Origin: a virus
Lineage: Duplodnaviria; Caudoviricetes
Virus record (IMG/VR): IMGVR_UViG_3300005301_000012
Location: 1-51,419 of that record
Strand: one strand, 5' to 3'
DNA: 51,419 nucleotides
Shown here: positions 35,285-44,731 of the stretch, in pieces
Position numbering within the stretch: the first letter of the stretch is position 1
How the letters are laid out: each line of letters begins with the position of its first letter
Position numbers and translations under genes: made by a program
The notes under the pieces: generated by a model
Told to the model about the DNA's origin: nothing
The model's database searches: none
What the model saw: only the letters and a program-made list of their open reading frames with translations

Positions 35285-35902
35285 ATGAGCCAAGCCGAAG
35301 AAAAGGTAATTACGCTGCCCGAGCCCCTCACGCTGGGCGGCGCGCTGAAGTACGACTCGATCATGCTGCGTGAACCGACTGTCGACGAGCTCGACCGCAG
35401 CACGCAGACGGCCGGGTCGATTTATGCGGTGAACGCTGCGCTGATCTCGATGGTTTCAAGCGTTCCGCTGACGCTGATCCGCAAGCTGGGAAAGACCAAG
35501 TACGAAGAGGCCGTTGCGTATCTGAAGGGCTTCGACTGGACGCCTCCAAAGGATGATCAGAAGGCGGCCGTAAAGACCGTGGTGCTGAAGAAGCCAATCA
35601 CGCTGAACGGCGACACCCGGACGTACGACTCGCTCGCCCTCAGCGAGCCGACCGTCGATCAGCTCGACCAGAGCGCGCAGGTCGAAGGCACCGCCTACGC
35701 TTGCAATGCCGAGCTTATCTCGCTTGTTTCTGGCGTGCCGCTCGCTGTGGTGCGGAAGATGGGCAAGTCCAGCTATGAGGAGGCGACGGCGTTCCTCTCG
35801 GGTTTTACATGGGCGCCCCCGCTGTCTGGCGAGACCTCGGGGACCACCGCGCCGACGTCACCTATTTCTTCCGATGGGGACCCGACGCCGTCGGCGGCAT
35901 GA
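35285..35902 (+). CDS. Tail assembly chaperone with tandem-duplicated domain; -1 frameshift product extends to 35961
   Basis: Two L.EPTVD.LD repeats; slippery G GGT TTT at 35800-35806. Confidence 0.88.
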   Translation: MSQAEEKVITLPEPLTLGGALKYDSIMLREPTVDELDRSTQTAGSIYAVNAALISMVSSVPLTLIRKLGKTKYEEAVAYLKGFDWTPPKDDQKAAVKTVVLKKPITLNGDTRTYDSLALSEPTVDQLDQSAQVEGTAYACNAELISLVSGVPLAVVRKMGKSSYEEATAFLSGFTWAPPLSGETSGTTAPTSPISSDGDPTPSAA

Positions 35903-35970
35903 AACTGAGCCGGTTCCAGTATTGGCATGACCAGGCCTTGCGCCTGAAACCGAGTACCTGAGGCCTCCCG

Positions 35971-37791
35971 ATGCCCAACGTTTTCCAGATCACGATCAGC
36001 GCGGTCGATCGCGCGACCGCGGTCGCCAAGGGCGTCAACGCGTCGATCGGCAAGATCACCAAGCCGATCTCGGACGTGAAGGCCTCGGTCCAGGCCTTTT
36101 CGAAGGAAACCGGCCTCGACAAGTTCGGCGATCGCCTCACGAAGGTTGGCGGCCTCGCGAGCGATGCTGCTCGCCGGATCGGTTCGATTGCACCGCCGCT
36201 CGCCGCGATTTCGGCCGCCGGCTCGATTGCAGGCCTCGCGACGATGGCTCACAGTTGGGGGCGCACGGCGACCGAGATCTCGAACACGGCATCGGTCATC
36301 GATGTGACGACCGACCAGCTGCAGAAGTATCGCGGCGCCGCGCGTCTTGCCGGCCTGTCCGACGCCGATATGACGTCAGGCCTGAAGTCGGTGGGATCTG
36401 CATTCGAGGATGCGGCCGCGGGCCGCGACACATTCGTCGCCGGCGTGTTGTCGAGCAAGAACATTGGCATTCATCGGATGGCCGATGGCTCGGTCAACAC
36501 GATCCGCGCGCTGCACGACATCTCGAACGCGGCAGCGAAAATCACGAATGCGCAGGCGCGCGAGAAGTTTCTCGACATTTTTGGCCTCGGTTCTCTCGCA
36601 CCGCTGCTCTCGAAGGGCGGCGCGGCGATCGACGAATACGTCGCGAAATACGAGAAGCTCGACGCGACCATGACGCCGGACCAGATCGCGCGCGGCGAGC
36701 GCTTCAATGAGAACATGGTCGCCCTGGATGCCTCGTTCGGGAAGCTGAAAAACACCTTGGGCGAGTCTGTCGCGCCGGCGCTGACCACCGTCGCCAACCG
36801 CCTCGAGCCGATCGCGCAGGAGTGGGGCCCGAAGGTCGCTGCCTGGGTCGAGAATACCGACTGGAACAAGGCGGCTGATGACACTGCGAAGTTTGTCGAC
36901 CAGCTCGGGGGAGTGAAGACGATCGCCGCCGCGGTCGCGGCGATCACGTTCGCTGGCCCCATCCTGAGCATCACTACACTGATAGCGCAGGCGGTCCGCC
37001 TCATCGGGCTGCTTGGCACGATCGCAGTGACGACGGGGGCGGGTTCTGTGGTCGCGCTGGGGGCTGCGGGATATATCGCGGAAAAGACGCGTCAGGCGGC
37101 ATTTGAAAAGGCTATTCCGGCCGGTCCGAATCACGACCAGTACGTTGCGGACGCGATGGCCGGCGGTGTTGTTACTCCCGAAGTCCAAGGTCCTAAGGGC
37201 GGTGGTCTCGGCGGCGACATCTATCGATGGGCCTCAGGCCTTTTCCGCGCGAGCGCGGCGAATAATGCCCAGACTGCCCCGATCGTCGGACGCTTTCAAC
37301 AGATGGGCTGGAGTCCGGCACAGGCAGCGGGCATCGCGTCAAACATATTCCGCGAAAGTGGCTATAACTCCACAGCCGTTGGTGATAACGGTCAGGCTTA
37401 TGGCCTCGGGCAATGGCACAAGGATCGTCAGGAAGAGTTTCGCAAGCGTTTCGGCAAAGACATCCGTCAGTCCTCTCTCGATGAGCAACTGCAGTTCATC
37501 GACTACGAGTTGCGGCAGGGCAACGAACGGCGTGCTGGAACCGCCCTCGCGCAGGCTACGTCAGCGGCGCAGGCTGGCGAGATCGTGTCCCGTCTTTATG
37601 AACGTCCCGCGCAGGCAGACAACGAGGCAGCGATCCGCGCCAGTGATGCCGACGCGATCAATGGTCGCGTGCACGTGCAGATTGAACTGCCAAACGCGCC
37701 GAAGGGTACGCGAGCAACCGTCCGCAGCAGCGGGTCGGCGAGTGCCTCGGCGAACATCGGTGAGTCGTCCATGATGGAACCGGCAATATGA
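35971..37791 (+). CDS. Tape measure protein with C-terminal tail lysozyme-like domain
   Basis: FQITISAVDRAT start, Ala-rich; QAAGIASNIFRES..AVGDNGQAYGLGQWH. Confidence 0.9.
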   Translation: MPNVFQITISAVDRATAVAKGVNASIGKITKPISDVKASVQAFSKETGLDKFGDRLTKVGGLASDAARRIGSIAPPLAAISAAGSIAGLATMAHSWGRTATEISNTASVIDVTTDQLQKYRGAARLAGLSDADMTSGLKSVGSAFEDAAAGRDTFVAGVLSSKNIGIHRMADGSVNTIRALHDISNAAAKITNAQAREKFLDIFGLGSLAPLLSKGGAAIDEYVAKYEKLDATMTPDQIARGERFNENMVALDASFGKLKNTLGESVAPALTTVANRLEPIAQEWGPKVAAWVENTDWNKAADDTAKFVDQLGGVKTIAAAVAAITFAGPILSITTLIAQAVRLIGLLGTIAVTTGAGSVVALGAAGYIAEKTRQAAFEKAIPAGPNHDQYVADAMAGGVVTPEVQGPKGGGLGGDIYRWASGLFRASAANNAQTAPIVGRFQQMGWSPAQAAGIASNIFRESGYNSTAVGDNGQAYGLGQWHKDRQEEFRKRFGKDIRQSSLDEQLQFIDYELRQGNERRAGTALAQATSAAQAGEIVSRLYERPAQADNEAAIRASDADAINGRVHVQIELPNAPKGTRATVRSSGSASASANIGESSMMEPAI

Positions 37792-39224
37792 GTGCAGCAA
37801 GCCTTACGACCTTTGCAGGCAGCATTGGCGGCCTCGCGTCGGCTGCGCAGCAGGTCGCGTCAATCCTGGCGGGAAACGGTGCGGGCACGTGGTGGGGATC
37901 ACTGAGGCAGGCGTCTTTTGGCGGTGTGCCGTTCGCCGTTCGGGAGAACCGCACGCGCTTTGGCGGCCGCAATGTTGTTCACCGGTACCCGTATCGCGAC
38001 GATGCCTGGATCGAACCGCTCGGCAAGCTGCCACGGCAATACGAGCTTATCGGGTTCCTGGTTGAAAACAGCAGGGTATATGGGGGCGGTCCGGTAATCG
38101 CGCAGCGAGATGCGCTGGTTCTGGCCTGCGAGAAGGCTGGCCCACAGACGCTCGTGCACCCGACTTTCGGCGCCGTGCAGAACGTCAGTTGCATGGAATC
38201 GGAGGCAAGCGAGAGCTTCGACCATGGCCGGGTGATCATGATTCGCCTGTCGCTGATGCGTGGCGGCACAAAGATCTATCCGAATGTCACGCAATCGACT
38301 CAGAACGCGATTGATAGCGCGGCGCAGGACATGTTCGGGAGTGCGCTGGTCGACTTCGCGGCGACGGCAGCTGCCGCGGTTCAGCAAGGCGCTGCCGTCG
38401 TAAATACGGCCGTCGATACGGCTGTCTCGTGGTACCAGACAGCGGTGAGCGACATCCACGACGTGGAGCGCGTCGTAAATGCCGTTTCGACGCTTTCCGG
38501 CAACTTCAGCCGGTTCTTTGGCGGCGGCAATAGTGGCTATACGGCTTCGAACCAGAAGGCGCCTGCAGGCACCACCGCGGAGCAACTGCTGCAGCAGGAC
38601 ACCGTCAACGTCGCTGCGGTTGTTGCTGCCGGCAGCGCATTGCAGGCGGCCGCCGCGAATGCGAGCGATACGACGACCTTCGCGACGGCTGCGCAGACAC
38701 TCGTGACCGCGCTCGCGGCAACTGCCGCGGATCCGGCGGATGCGATCCGGCTGATGACGGGTTTGGCGTCGTTCGCGCCATCCGGCAACTTCACGACGTC
38801 GCCGATCGGCTCGGCGATGTCGTCGATGCAGACGAGCTGCAGCGCACTTTTCCGACGCACTGCGCTCGCCGGCGTCGCACAGGCCTGCGCCAACTATCAG
38901 CCGTCCTCGTATAACGATGCGACGACTGTTCTCGAGAACGTGACAACGCTCTTCGATGCGGAGATCGAGACGGCCGGTGACGCAGAGGACGACGCAAGCT
39001 TCACGGCGTTGCGTGCGTTACGTAGCGCGGTCGTCTCAGATCTGCAGACGCGCGGCGGCGACCTCGCAGCGCTGGTCACGATGTCGTTCGCTGGCTCGCT
39101 GCCGGCTCTCGTGCTTGCGCACCGCATTTACGATGACGCGGGCCGTGCCGACCAGTTAGTGCAACAGGTGCAACCTGTTCATCCGCTGTTTATGCCCCAG
39201 TCGTTCCAGGCACTGGCAGTCTGA
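37788..39224 (+). CDS. DNA circularization protein (Mu N-like)
   Basis: LRQASFGGVPF, HRYPYRD, LVHPTFG, LPALVLAHRIY, VHPLFMP. Confidence 0.9.
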   Translation: MSAASLTTFAGSIGGLASAAQQVASILAGNGAGTWWGSLRQASFGGVPFAVRENRTRFGGRNVVHRYPYRDDAWIEPLGKLPRQYELIGFLVENSRVYGGGPVIAQRDALVLACEKAGPQTLVHPTFGAVQNVSCMESEASESFDHGRVIMIRLSLMRGGTKIYPNVTQSTQNAIDSAAQDMFGSALVDFAATAAAAVQQGAAVVNTAVDTAVSWYQTAVSDIHDVERVVNAVSTLSGNFSRFFGGGNSGYTASNQKAPAGTTAEQLLQQDTVNVAAVVAAGSALQAAAANASDTTTFATAAQTLVTALAATAADPADAIRLMTGLASFAPSGNFTTSPIGSAMSSMQTSCSALFRRTALAGVAQACANYQPSSYNDATTVLENVTTLFDAEIETAGDAEDDASFTALRALRSAVVSDLQTRGGDLAALVTMSFAGSLPALVLAHRIYDDAGRADQLVQQVQPVHPLFMPQSFQALAV

Positions 39225-39226
39225 CG

Positions 39227-40294
39227 ATGGACGACGATCTGATTCTGATCGCGGGCGCGCAGGCGATCAGCGGCTGGACCGATGTGCGCGTGACGCGCGG
39301 TATCGAGCGCTGTCCGTCCGACTTTAACCTCGGGCTGACGGAAGCGTTCCCCGGCGAGACAGAAGAGGTGATCGTGCAGGCGGGCGATCCGTTCGAACTG
39401 CATATCGGCTCGGACCGGGTCATCACCGGGTATATCGACGAATATGTGCCGGAGTATGACGCTGACAGCCACTCGATCGCGGCAGCGGGCCGGGGAAAGT
39501 GTCAGGACCTGATCGACTGCGCGGCAGTATGGCCGAGCGGCCAGATCAGCGGGACATCGGCGCTCGACGTGGCATCGAAACTCGCTGCGCATTACGGCAT
39601 TAGTGTCACGTGCGACATCGCAGGGCTGCCGCCGATCCCCCAGTTCAACATTTTTATCGGCGAAAGCGCTTACGACATCATCGAGCGCATCAGCAGGTAC
39701 AGCCAGCTCCTTGTCTATGACACGCCCGACGGCAATCTGCTGCTGACGCAGGCTCGCCAGATTCAGCACGTCGGCGGTATCGCCGAGGGCATTAACGCGC
39801 AACACGCCCGTGTGCGGTATTCGGCTTCGCAGCGCTTCTCGAAATACACGGTCTTCACGCAGTCGGTCGAGACATTCAACGACGCCGGCGTCGGCGCGAA
39901 TGTGATCGTCAGCGTCGAGGATGTGGGAGTAAAACGCACACGCGAGCGCTATATCGTCGCGGAAGCCGTGCAGGGTTATGCCGACCTGGCCAAGCGCCGC
40001 GCGATATGGGAGATGAATCGCCGCATTGCGCGTGCGGCCGAGATTACGGTCACGACCGACAGCTGGCGTGACGGCGCGGGCACGCTCTGGACCCCCAATA
40101 CGCTCGTGCCCGTGACGTTGCCAAAGCTGAAGATCGTGGACGAGGTCTGGCTACTCGGCGAGGTGACGTATATCCGGAACGAGGAAGAGGGCACGATCGC
40201 AGAGCTCACGATCATGCGGCCCGAGGCCTATCTGCCGGAACCTGTCGCGTTGCAGCCATTGTTCGTCGACGCAAGCGCATTGCCGGGGGCTTGA
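39227..40294 (+). CDS. Baseplate hub (Mu gp44-like)
   Basis: GWTDVRVTRGIE, VITGYID, GRGKCQDLIDC, SWRD..G.LW.PN. Confidence 0.9.
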   Translation: MDDDLILIAGAQAISGWTDVRVTRGIERCPSDFNLGLTEAFPGETEEVIVQAGDPFELHIGSDRVITGYIDEYVPEYDADSHSIAAAGRGKCQDLIDCAAVWPSGQISGTSALDVASKLAAHYGISVTCDIAGLPPIPQFNIFIGESAYDIIERISRYSQLLVYDTPDGNLLLTQARQIQHVGGIAEGINAQHARVRYSASQRFSKYTVFTQSVETFNDAGVGANVIVSVEDVGVKRTRERYIVAEAVQGYADLAKRRAIWEMNRRIARAAEITVTTDSWRDGAGTLWTPNTLVPVTLPKLKIVDEVWLLGEVTYIRNEEEGTIAELTIMRPEAYLPEPVALQPLFVDASALPGA

Positions 40295-40938
40295 TGGCTA
40301 CCTTCCATGCAGCGATCCGGCAGGTAAGTCGATCGCTGGGCCGTGTGCAGGCGACTGCAGATCGCCTGGCGCGCCGCGTTCTTCTGCTCGTGGGCCGCGG
40401 CCGCGTCAGTGCACCAGTGAATGATGCTGGCCCCGTGCAAGTGCTGCAGGCGCAGATCAACGAGCTCGAAACGATCGATAACCTGCGGCGCATCGCCGAA
40501 TTCGGCTTCACATCAGTACCGCCGCAAGGCTCCGACGTCGCGATCATATTCGTCGGCGGCGATCGCGGCGGTGGTCTGGTGGTCGGCACGAACCATCAGG
40601 CATCGCGTCCGACCGGCCTCAAGCCGGGCGAAACGATGATCTTCACGCAGGATGGAAAGCAGATCTATCTCACAGCGTCCGGCGGCATCAAGGTTGCGGC
40701 GAATGGTCAGCCGGTCGAGATCGACAACGCGACAACGGTGACGATCAACGCGGCAACGAAGGTGCGCATGGTGACCCCGCGGCTCGAGTGCACGGGTGAC
40801 ATCGTCGACAACTGCGATACGACGGGTCGCAGCATGGTCGCTGACCGCGAGATTTACGACGGCCATACACACCCGGTTCCCAACGTTCAACTCGGTGGCC
40901 CGGGCACGACCACAAACACTCCGAACCAGCCCGAATGA
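40294..40938 (+). CDS. Baseplate spike (Mu gp45-like)
   Basis: EFGFTSVPP.G, GGDR, RP.GLKPGE, C-terminal HTH metal-binding tripeptide (GHTHP). Confidence 0.9.
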   Translation: MATFHAAIRQVSRSLGRVQATADRLARRVLLLVGRGRVSAPVNDAGPVQVLQAQINELETIDNLRRIAEFGFTSVPPQGSDVAIIFVGGDRGGGLVVGTNHQASRPTGLKPGETMIFTQDGKQIYLTASGGIKVAANGQPVEIDNATTVTINAATKVRMVTPRLECTGDIVDNCDTTGRSMVADREIYDGHTHPVPNVQLGGPGTTTNTPNQPE

Positions 40939-41390
40939 GCGATTTCAAGATTGTCTGGGACGTCGCCAATGCGCGCGGCGACTGGCAGATGCTGGCCGGG
41001 GATATCGCGACGGGCGACGACCTCGAGACAGCGCTTCTGTTCAGCCTGTTCAGCGATCGGGAAGCGGCTCCAGACGACGTGATTCCGGATGGCTCGAACG
41101 ATCGGCGCGGCTGGTGGGGCGACGACGATTCCGGCGACGACACAGGTCCGACCGGCTCTCGCCTGTGGTTGCTCTCCCGTAGAACCTCACCGACGGACAA
41201 GACGCTCACGGATGCCTACGACTACGTTGTCGAGGCTATCCAGTGGCTGATCGATACAGGGGTCGTCGGTAGTTTCGCAGTAGTCACACAGTGGGTGCAG
41301 CCGGACATGCTAGGGATCGCCATTACTGCCTACCAGCCGGATGGGACCGCATTACAGACCTATAACTGGGCTTGGCCCATGGTGAACTGA
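40935..41390 (+). CDS. Baseplate protein (Mu gp46-like)
   Basis: DLETA.L.SLFSDR, RRGWWGD, GSRLWLL. Confidence 0.9.
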   Translation: MSDFKIVWDVANARGDWQMLAGDIATGDDLETALLFSLFSDREAAPDDVIPDGSNDRRGWWGDDDSGDDTGPTGSRLWLLSRRTSPTDKTLTDAYDYVVEAIQWLIDTGVVGSFAVVTQWVQPDMLGIAITAYQPDGTALQTYNWAWPMVN

Positions 41391-42550
41391 TGCCATTTTC
41401 ACGCCCTATGTTAAGCGCGCTGCGCACCGAGATCTGGACAGACATCAAGAGTGCGGTTGGGCTGACAGTTTCACTATTGCAGAAGGCCGTCCTCAAAATC
41501 GTTGGGTCGGCGCTCGCGGCGCTCGTTTTTGGTTTATATGGCTATCTGGACTGGATCGCGAAGCAGGCAGTCCCATTCACGTCGACCGACGAGTTCCTAG
41601 CAGGGTGGGGCGCAATGAAAAGCGTCTACCTCGAAGCCGCGACGCAGGCGCAGTTGACCGTTCAATTCACCGGCGCGGACGACACGCCGCTGCCGGCAGG
41701 CACGGCCGTGAACCGCACGGCCGACGGCTTTGCCTATGTGACGATGTCTGATGCGACGGTGAGCGGCACGACTGTCACGGTCAACATCCAGGCGGTCACC
41801 GCGGGAACGGCTGGAAACTGCGATGTGGGCACGTCTGTATCGCTCGCTTCGGCCGTGACCGGCATCCAGTCTAGCGGCACGGTGACCGCGATCGCCAGCT
41901 CGGGTGCGGACGTCGAGGACCAGGATGATTTCCGCGATCGGGTGATGCTCGCGTTCCAGAATCCGACGCAGGGCGGTGCAAAACCAGACTATGTGAAATG
42001 GGCGCGCGCCGTGGCGGGTGTTACGCGTGCTTGGTGCGCGCCGAACGGGTTCGGTTCAGGCACTGTTGTCGTCTATTTCATGATGGACGAGGCAGAATCC
42101 TCGCATGCTGGTTTTCCGCAGGGCACGAACGGTGTATCGCAATACGATGAGGGTCCCGGAGGGCTTCCTCGCGATACCGTCGCGACCGGTGACCAGCTTA
42201 CCGTCGCAGACTCGATCATCAACCTGCAGCCTGTAACAGCGCTGGTCTATGCGTGCGCGCCAATCGAAAACCAGATTGGTTTCAACATGACCGGTGTGAC
42301 TTCGCCGACCACACAGGCGTCGATCGCTGATGCGCTTGATGAACTGATGACCCGAGAAGGAGCGCCGGCGGGCATGATCGATCTGTCGGACGTGAATTCG
42401 TCAATCGGCTCGGTATCCGGCTCATCCGGCTATCTGATCTTGTCGATCACAAGCACTGTGGGGGGCGTCACAACCACCTATCCCGCGAATACGAATATCA
42501 CGAACGCCACGGGGCAGTTGCCGGTGCTCGGTGCCGTCAACTGGTCATAA
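41390..42550 (+). CDS. Baseplate J-like protein (Mu gp47-like)
   Basis: LYGYLDWIAKQ, GADVE, QGGAKPDYVKWA..V.GVTRAW. Confidence 0.92.
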   Translation: MPFSRPMLSALRTEIWTDIKSAVGLTVSLLQKAVLKIVGSALAALVFGLYGYLDWIAKQAVPFTSTDEFLAGWGAMKSVYLEAATQAQLTVQFTGADDTPLPAGTAVNRTADGFAYVTMSDATVSGTTVTVNIQAVTAGTAGNCDVGTSVSLASAVTGIQSSGTVTAIASSGADVEDQDDFRDRVMLAFQNPTQGGAKPDYVKWARAVAGVTRAWCAPNGFGSGTVVVYFMMDEAESSHAGFPQGTNGVSQYDEGPGGLPRDTVATGDQLTVADSIINLQPVTALVYACAPIENQIGFNMTGVTSPTTQASIADALDELMTREGAPAGMIDLSDVNSSIGSVSGSSGYLILSITSTVGGVTTTYPANTNITNATGQLPVLGAVNWS

Positions 42551-42553
42551 CCG

Positions 42554-43144
42554 ATGCCTGCTCCTAACTATGCTGCTGCAGACTATCTGCAGGCACTTCA
42601 GGCGCTTTTGCCGCGTGGCCGCGTATGGCCACGAGATCCCGATGCCATACAGACCGCCGTGCTCTCTGGATTCACGCCGTGTTTCGCCGCGCTGACCAGC
42701 CGGGCCAACTACTTGCTGGTCGACGCGTTCCCGCCATCGACTTTCGAGCTACTGCCCGAATGGGAGTCGACGCTCGGGCTCCCGGATCCGTGTGCGGGTG
42801 AAGCACCAACGACGCAGCAGCGCGTGGCTCAAGTCGTTGCGAGGCTCACGGCGACCGGTGGTCAGTCGATCGCGTATTTCACGGCGATCGCTGCGGCGCT
42901 CGGCTATGCCATCACGATCACCCAGTTCGTGCCTTCACGCTTCGGCAAGCGCTTTGGATCCCTATTCGGCGGCACGGCGTGGGCGTTCGCGTGGCAGGTG
43001 AATGCGCCGTCATTCACGGTCAACAGCCTTCAGTTTGGTGGATCGTTCGGCACGCCGTTCGCATCATGGGGCAATAACGTTCTCCAGTGCGAACTGCAGG
43101 CGTACGCGCCGGCCCATACCACAGTCCTTTTCTCATACTCCTGA
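42554..43144 (+). CDS. Baseplate protein (Mu gp48 / YmfQ-like)
   Basis: ALLPRGRVW, LLPEWESTLGLPD.C, GGQSIAYF, PAHT. Confidence 0.9.
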   Translation: MPAPNYAAADYLQALQALLPRGRVWPRDPDAIQTAVLSGFTPCFAALTSRANYLLVDAFPPSTFELLPEWESTLGLPDPCAGEAPTTQQRVAQVVARLTATGGQSIAYFTAIAAALGYAITITQFVPSRFGKRFGSLFGGTAWAFAWQVNAPSFTVNSLQFGGSFGTPFASWGNNVLQCELQAYAPAHTTVLFSYS

Positions 43145-43151
43145 GGTCTTC

Positions 43152-44483
43152 ATGGATCGACTTATAGCGCCGAACTCGGTAATCGCGGCGCAGGCTGATG
43201 CTGCCCCTGCCACCGGGACCCCGCAATTTGCGACCGATGGCAACCCGGCAAGCAATATTCCGGCGACGCAGTGGCCGGCATATCAGTACAACGCGTTTCA
43301 GGAAGAGCTCATTGCCATTCTTGCGGCGGCCGCCATCACGCCCGATCGCACGAAAAACAACCAGGTCGTCGCTGCTATCAAGCGATTGATGCAGAACACC
43401 GTGGTGCTAGCAGACACCGGTGTTGTTAATACATACACGGCAGTGAACTCCGTGCCGCTTGTAGCCGGCACTTGGTCTGATGGCGTCATGCAGGCCGTGA
43501 AGATCGCACATACGAATACCGGGCCATCGACCTATGCGCCGGATGGCCTTGCGCCGATTCCCATCTATGGTTTGGGACTTCAGCCGTTGCAGGGCAACGA
43601 ACTGCTACTGAACGGTACCGCGATCTTGATGCATTTGACGATCGCCGGCGTGAACGCTGGCAATCCGATCTGTCTATTGATGGAATGCGCCGGTGGCGCG
43701 CAGCAGATCCCGCCTGCATTACAGTCCCAGCACGCGGCGCAGCTTCAGCAGATCGGCCACGGCCAATGCCGATTATCCGTGGCCAGCACGACGTCGCTGA
43801 AACTATCTCCGTACAACGGAAATAACGTAGTTGTGAATGGCGTACCGTTGCAGATTCCCAGCGCGGGCATCACATACACGCTCAGCGGCCTTGCTGCGAG
43901 CACGGTCTATTACGTGTATCTGAGCGGTACTACCGCGGCGCCGGTCCTTTCGGTCTCAACAACGGGGCACGTGACCGGTTCGAATGGTGTGGAAGTTAAA
44001 AGCGGTGATCCAACGCAGACGCTCATCGGCATGGTGCGCACGAACTCGAGCACGCAGTTCGTGGATACATATACGCAGCGCTTCTGCGTTAATTGGTTCA
44101 ACAGGCGCACGCTAAGTTGCCAATACGCGCTTCCGTCGGGCGTCAATTTTACAAACACATCATCGGCAATTCTTTCAAGTACGTTTATCGTCGAGTTTCT
44201 TACTTGGGCCGATGAAAGCGTATTTGCAATTTTTGATGGGTACTGTTTGAACAATACTGCCGGCAATGCGGTTCAGCTTGTGTCCGGCGCAGACGGTCTT
44301 TCGAATGTTGGTTCTCCGCAGACATTCAATAGCTATAACGCTAACGCAAACGGAAACTTTAGTTCCAGTTATAACAACTTTTTTGTCGAAGGCTACCATT
44401 ACACAAGCCTGTTCGGAAATGTAAACGGCGGCCAAGGAACGATCGCTATCGGGTCTCAGACAAAATGCTCTTTCCGAGGGTAG
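43152..44483 (+). CDS. Tail fibre protein
   Basis: F.TDGNP..PAT..NAFQEEL..I..A.ITPD N-terminus; beta-rich, lower-GC C-terminus. Confidence 0.85.
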   Translation: MDRLIAPNSVIAAQADAAPATGTPQFATDGNPASNIPATQWPAYQYNAFQEELIAILAAAAITPDRTKNNQVVAAIKRLMQNTVVLADTGVVNTYTAVNSVPLVAGTWSDGVMQAVKIAHTNTGPSTYAPDGLAPIPIYGLGLQPLQGNELLLNGTAILMHLTIAGVNAGNPICLLMECAGGAQQIPPALQSQHAAQLQQIGHGQCRLSVASTTSLKLSPYNGNNVVVNGVPLQIPSAGITYTLSGLAASTVYYVYLSGTTAAPVLSVSTTGHVTGSNGVEVKSGDPTQTLIGMVRTNSSTQFVDTYTQRFCVNWFNRRTLSCQYALPSGVNFTNTSSAILSSTFIVEFLTWADESVFAIFDGYCLNNTAGNAVQLVSGADGLSNVGSPQTFNSYNANANGNFSSSYNNFFVEGYHYTSLFGNVNGGQGTIAIGSQTKCSFRG

Positions 44484-44489
44484 GCAGTT

Positions 44490-44726
44490 ATGAGCGAACA
44501 AAAGTCTATTGGGCCGACATTTTTCAATGAGCTGCAAGCATACCAAGCAGCGAATGGAGTAAATCTTATCGGCCAGCATTTTTCCTGGTGCACGGATGGG
44601 ACGCTGAATTTTTTCGACGATACCCCGGCCAATGTTGTCACCGGAGTGCAGTCGGTGTACGCAGCGCACAATCCCGACGCCGTAGTCGCTGTGGTAGACA
44701 CCCCGGCAAGCTCGACGGCTTCCTGA
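44490..44726 (+). CDS. Small protein after the fibre (possible fibre chaperone)
   Basis: Position; IGPTF..EL..V..VYAAHNP. Confidence 0.6.
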   Translation: MSEQKSIGPTFFNELQAYQAANGVNLIGQHFSWCTDGTLNFFDDTPANVVTGVQSVYAAHNPDAVVAVVDTPASSTAS

Positions 44727-44731
44727 CTACG

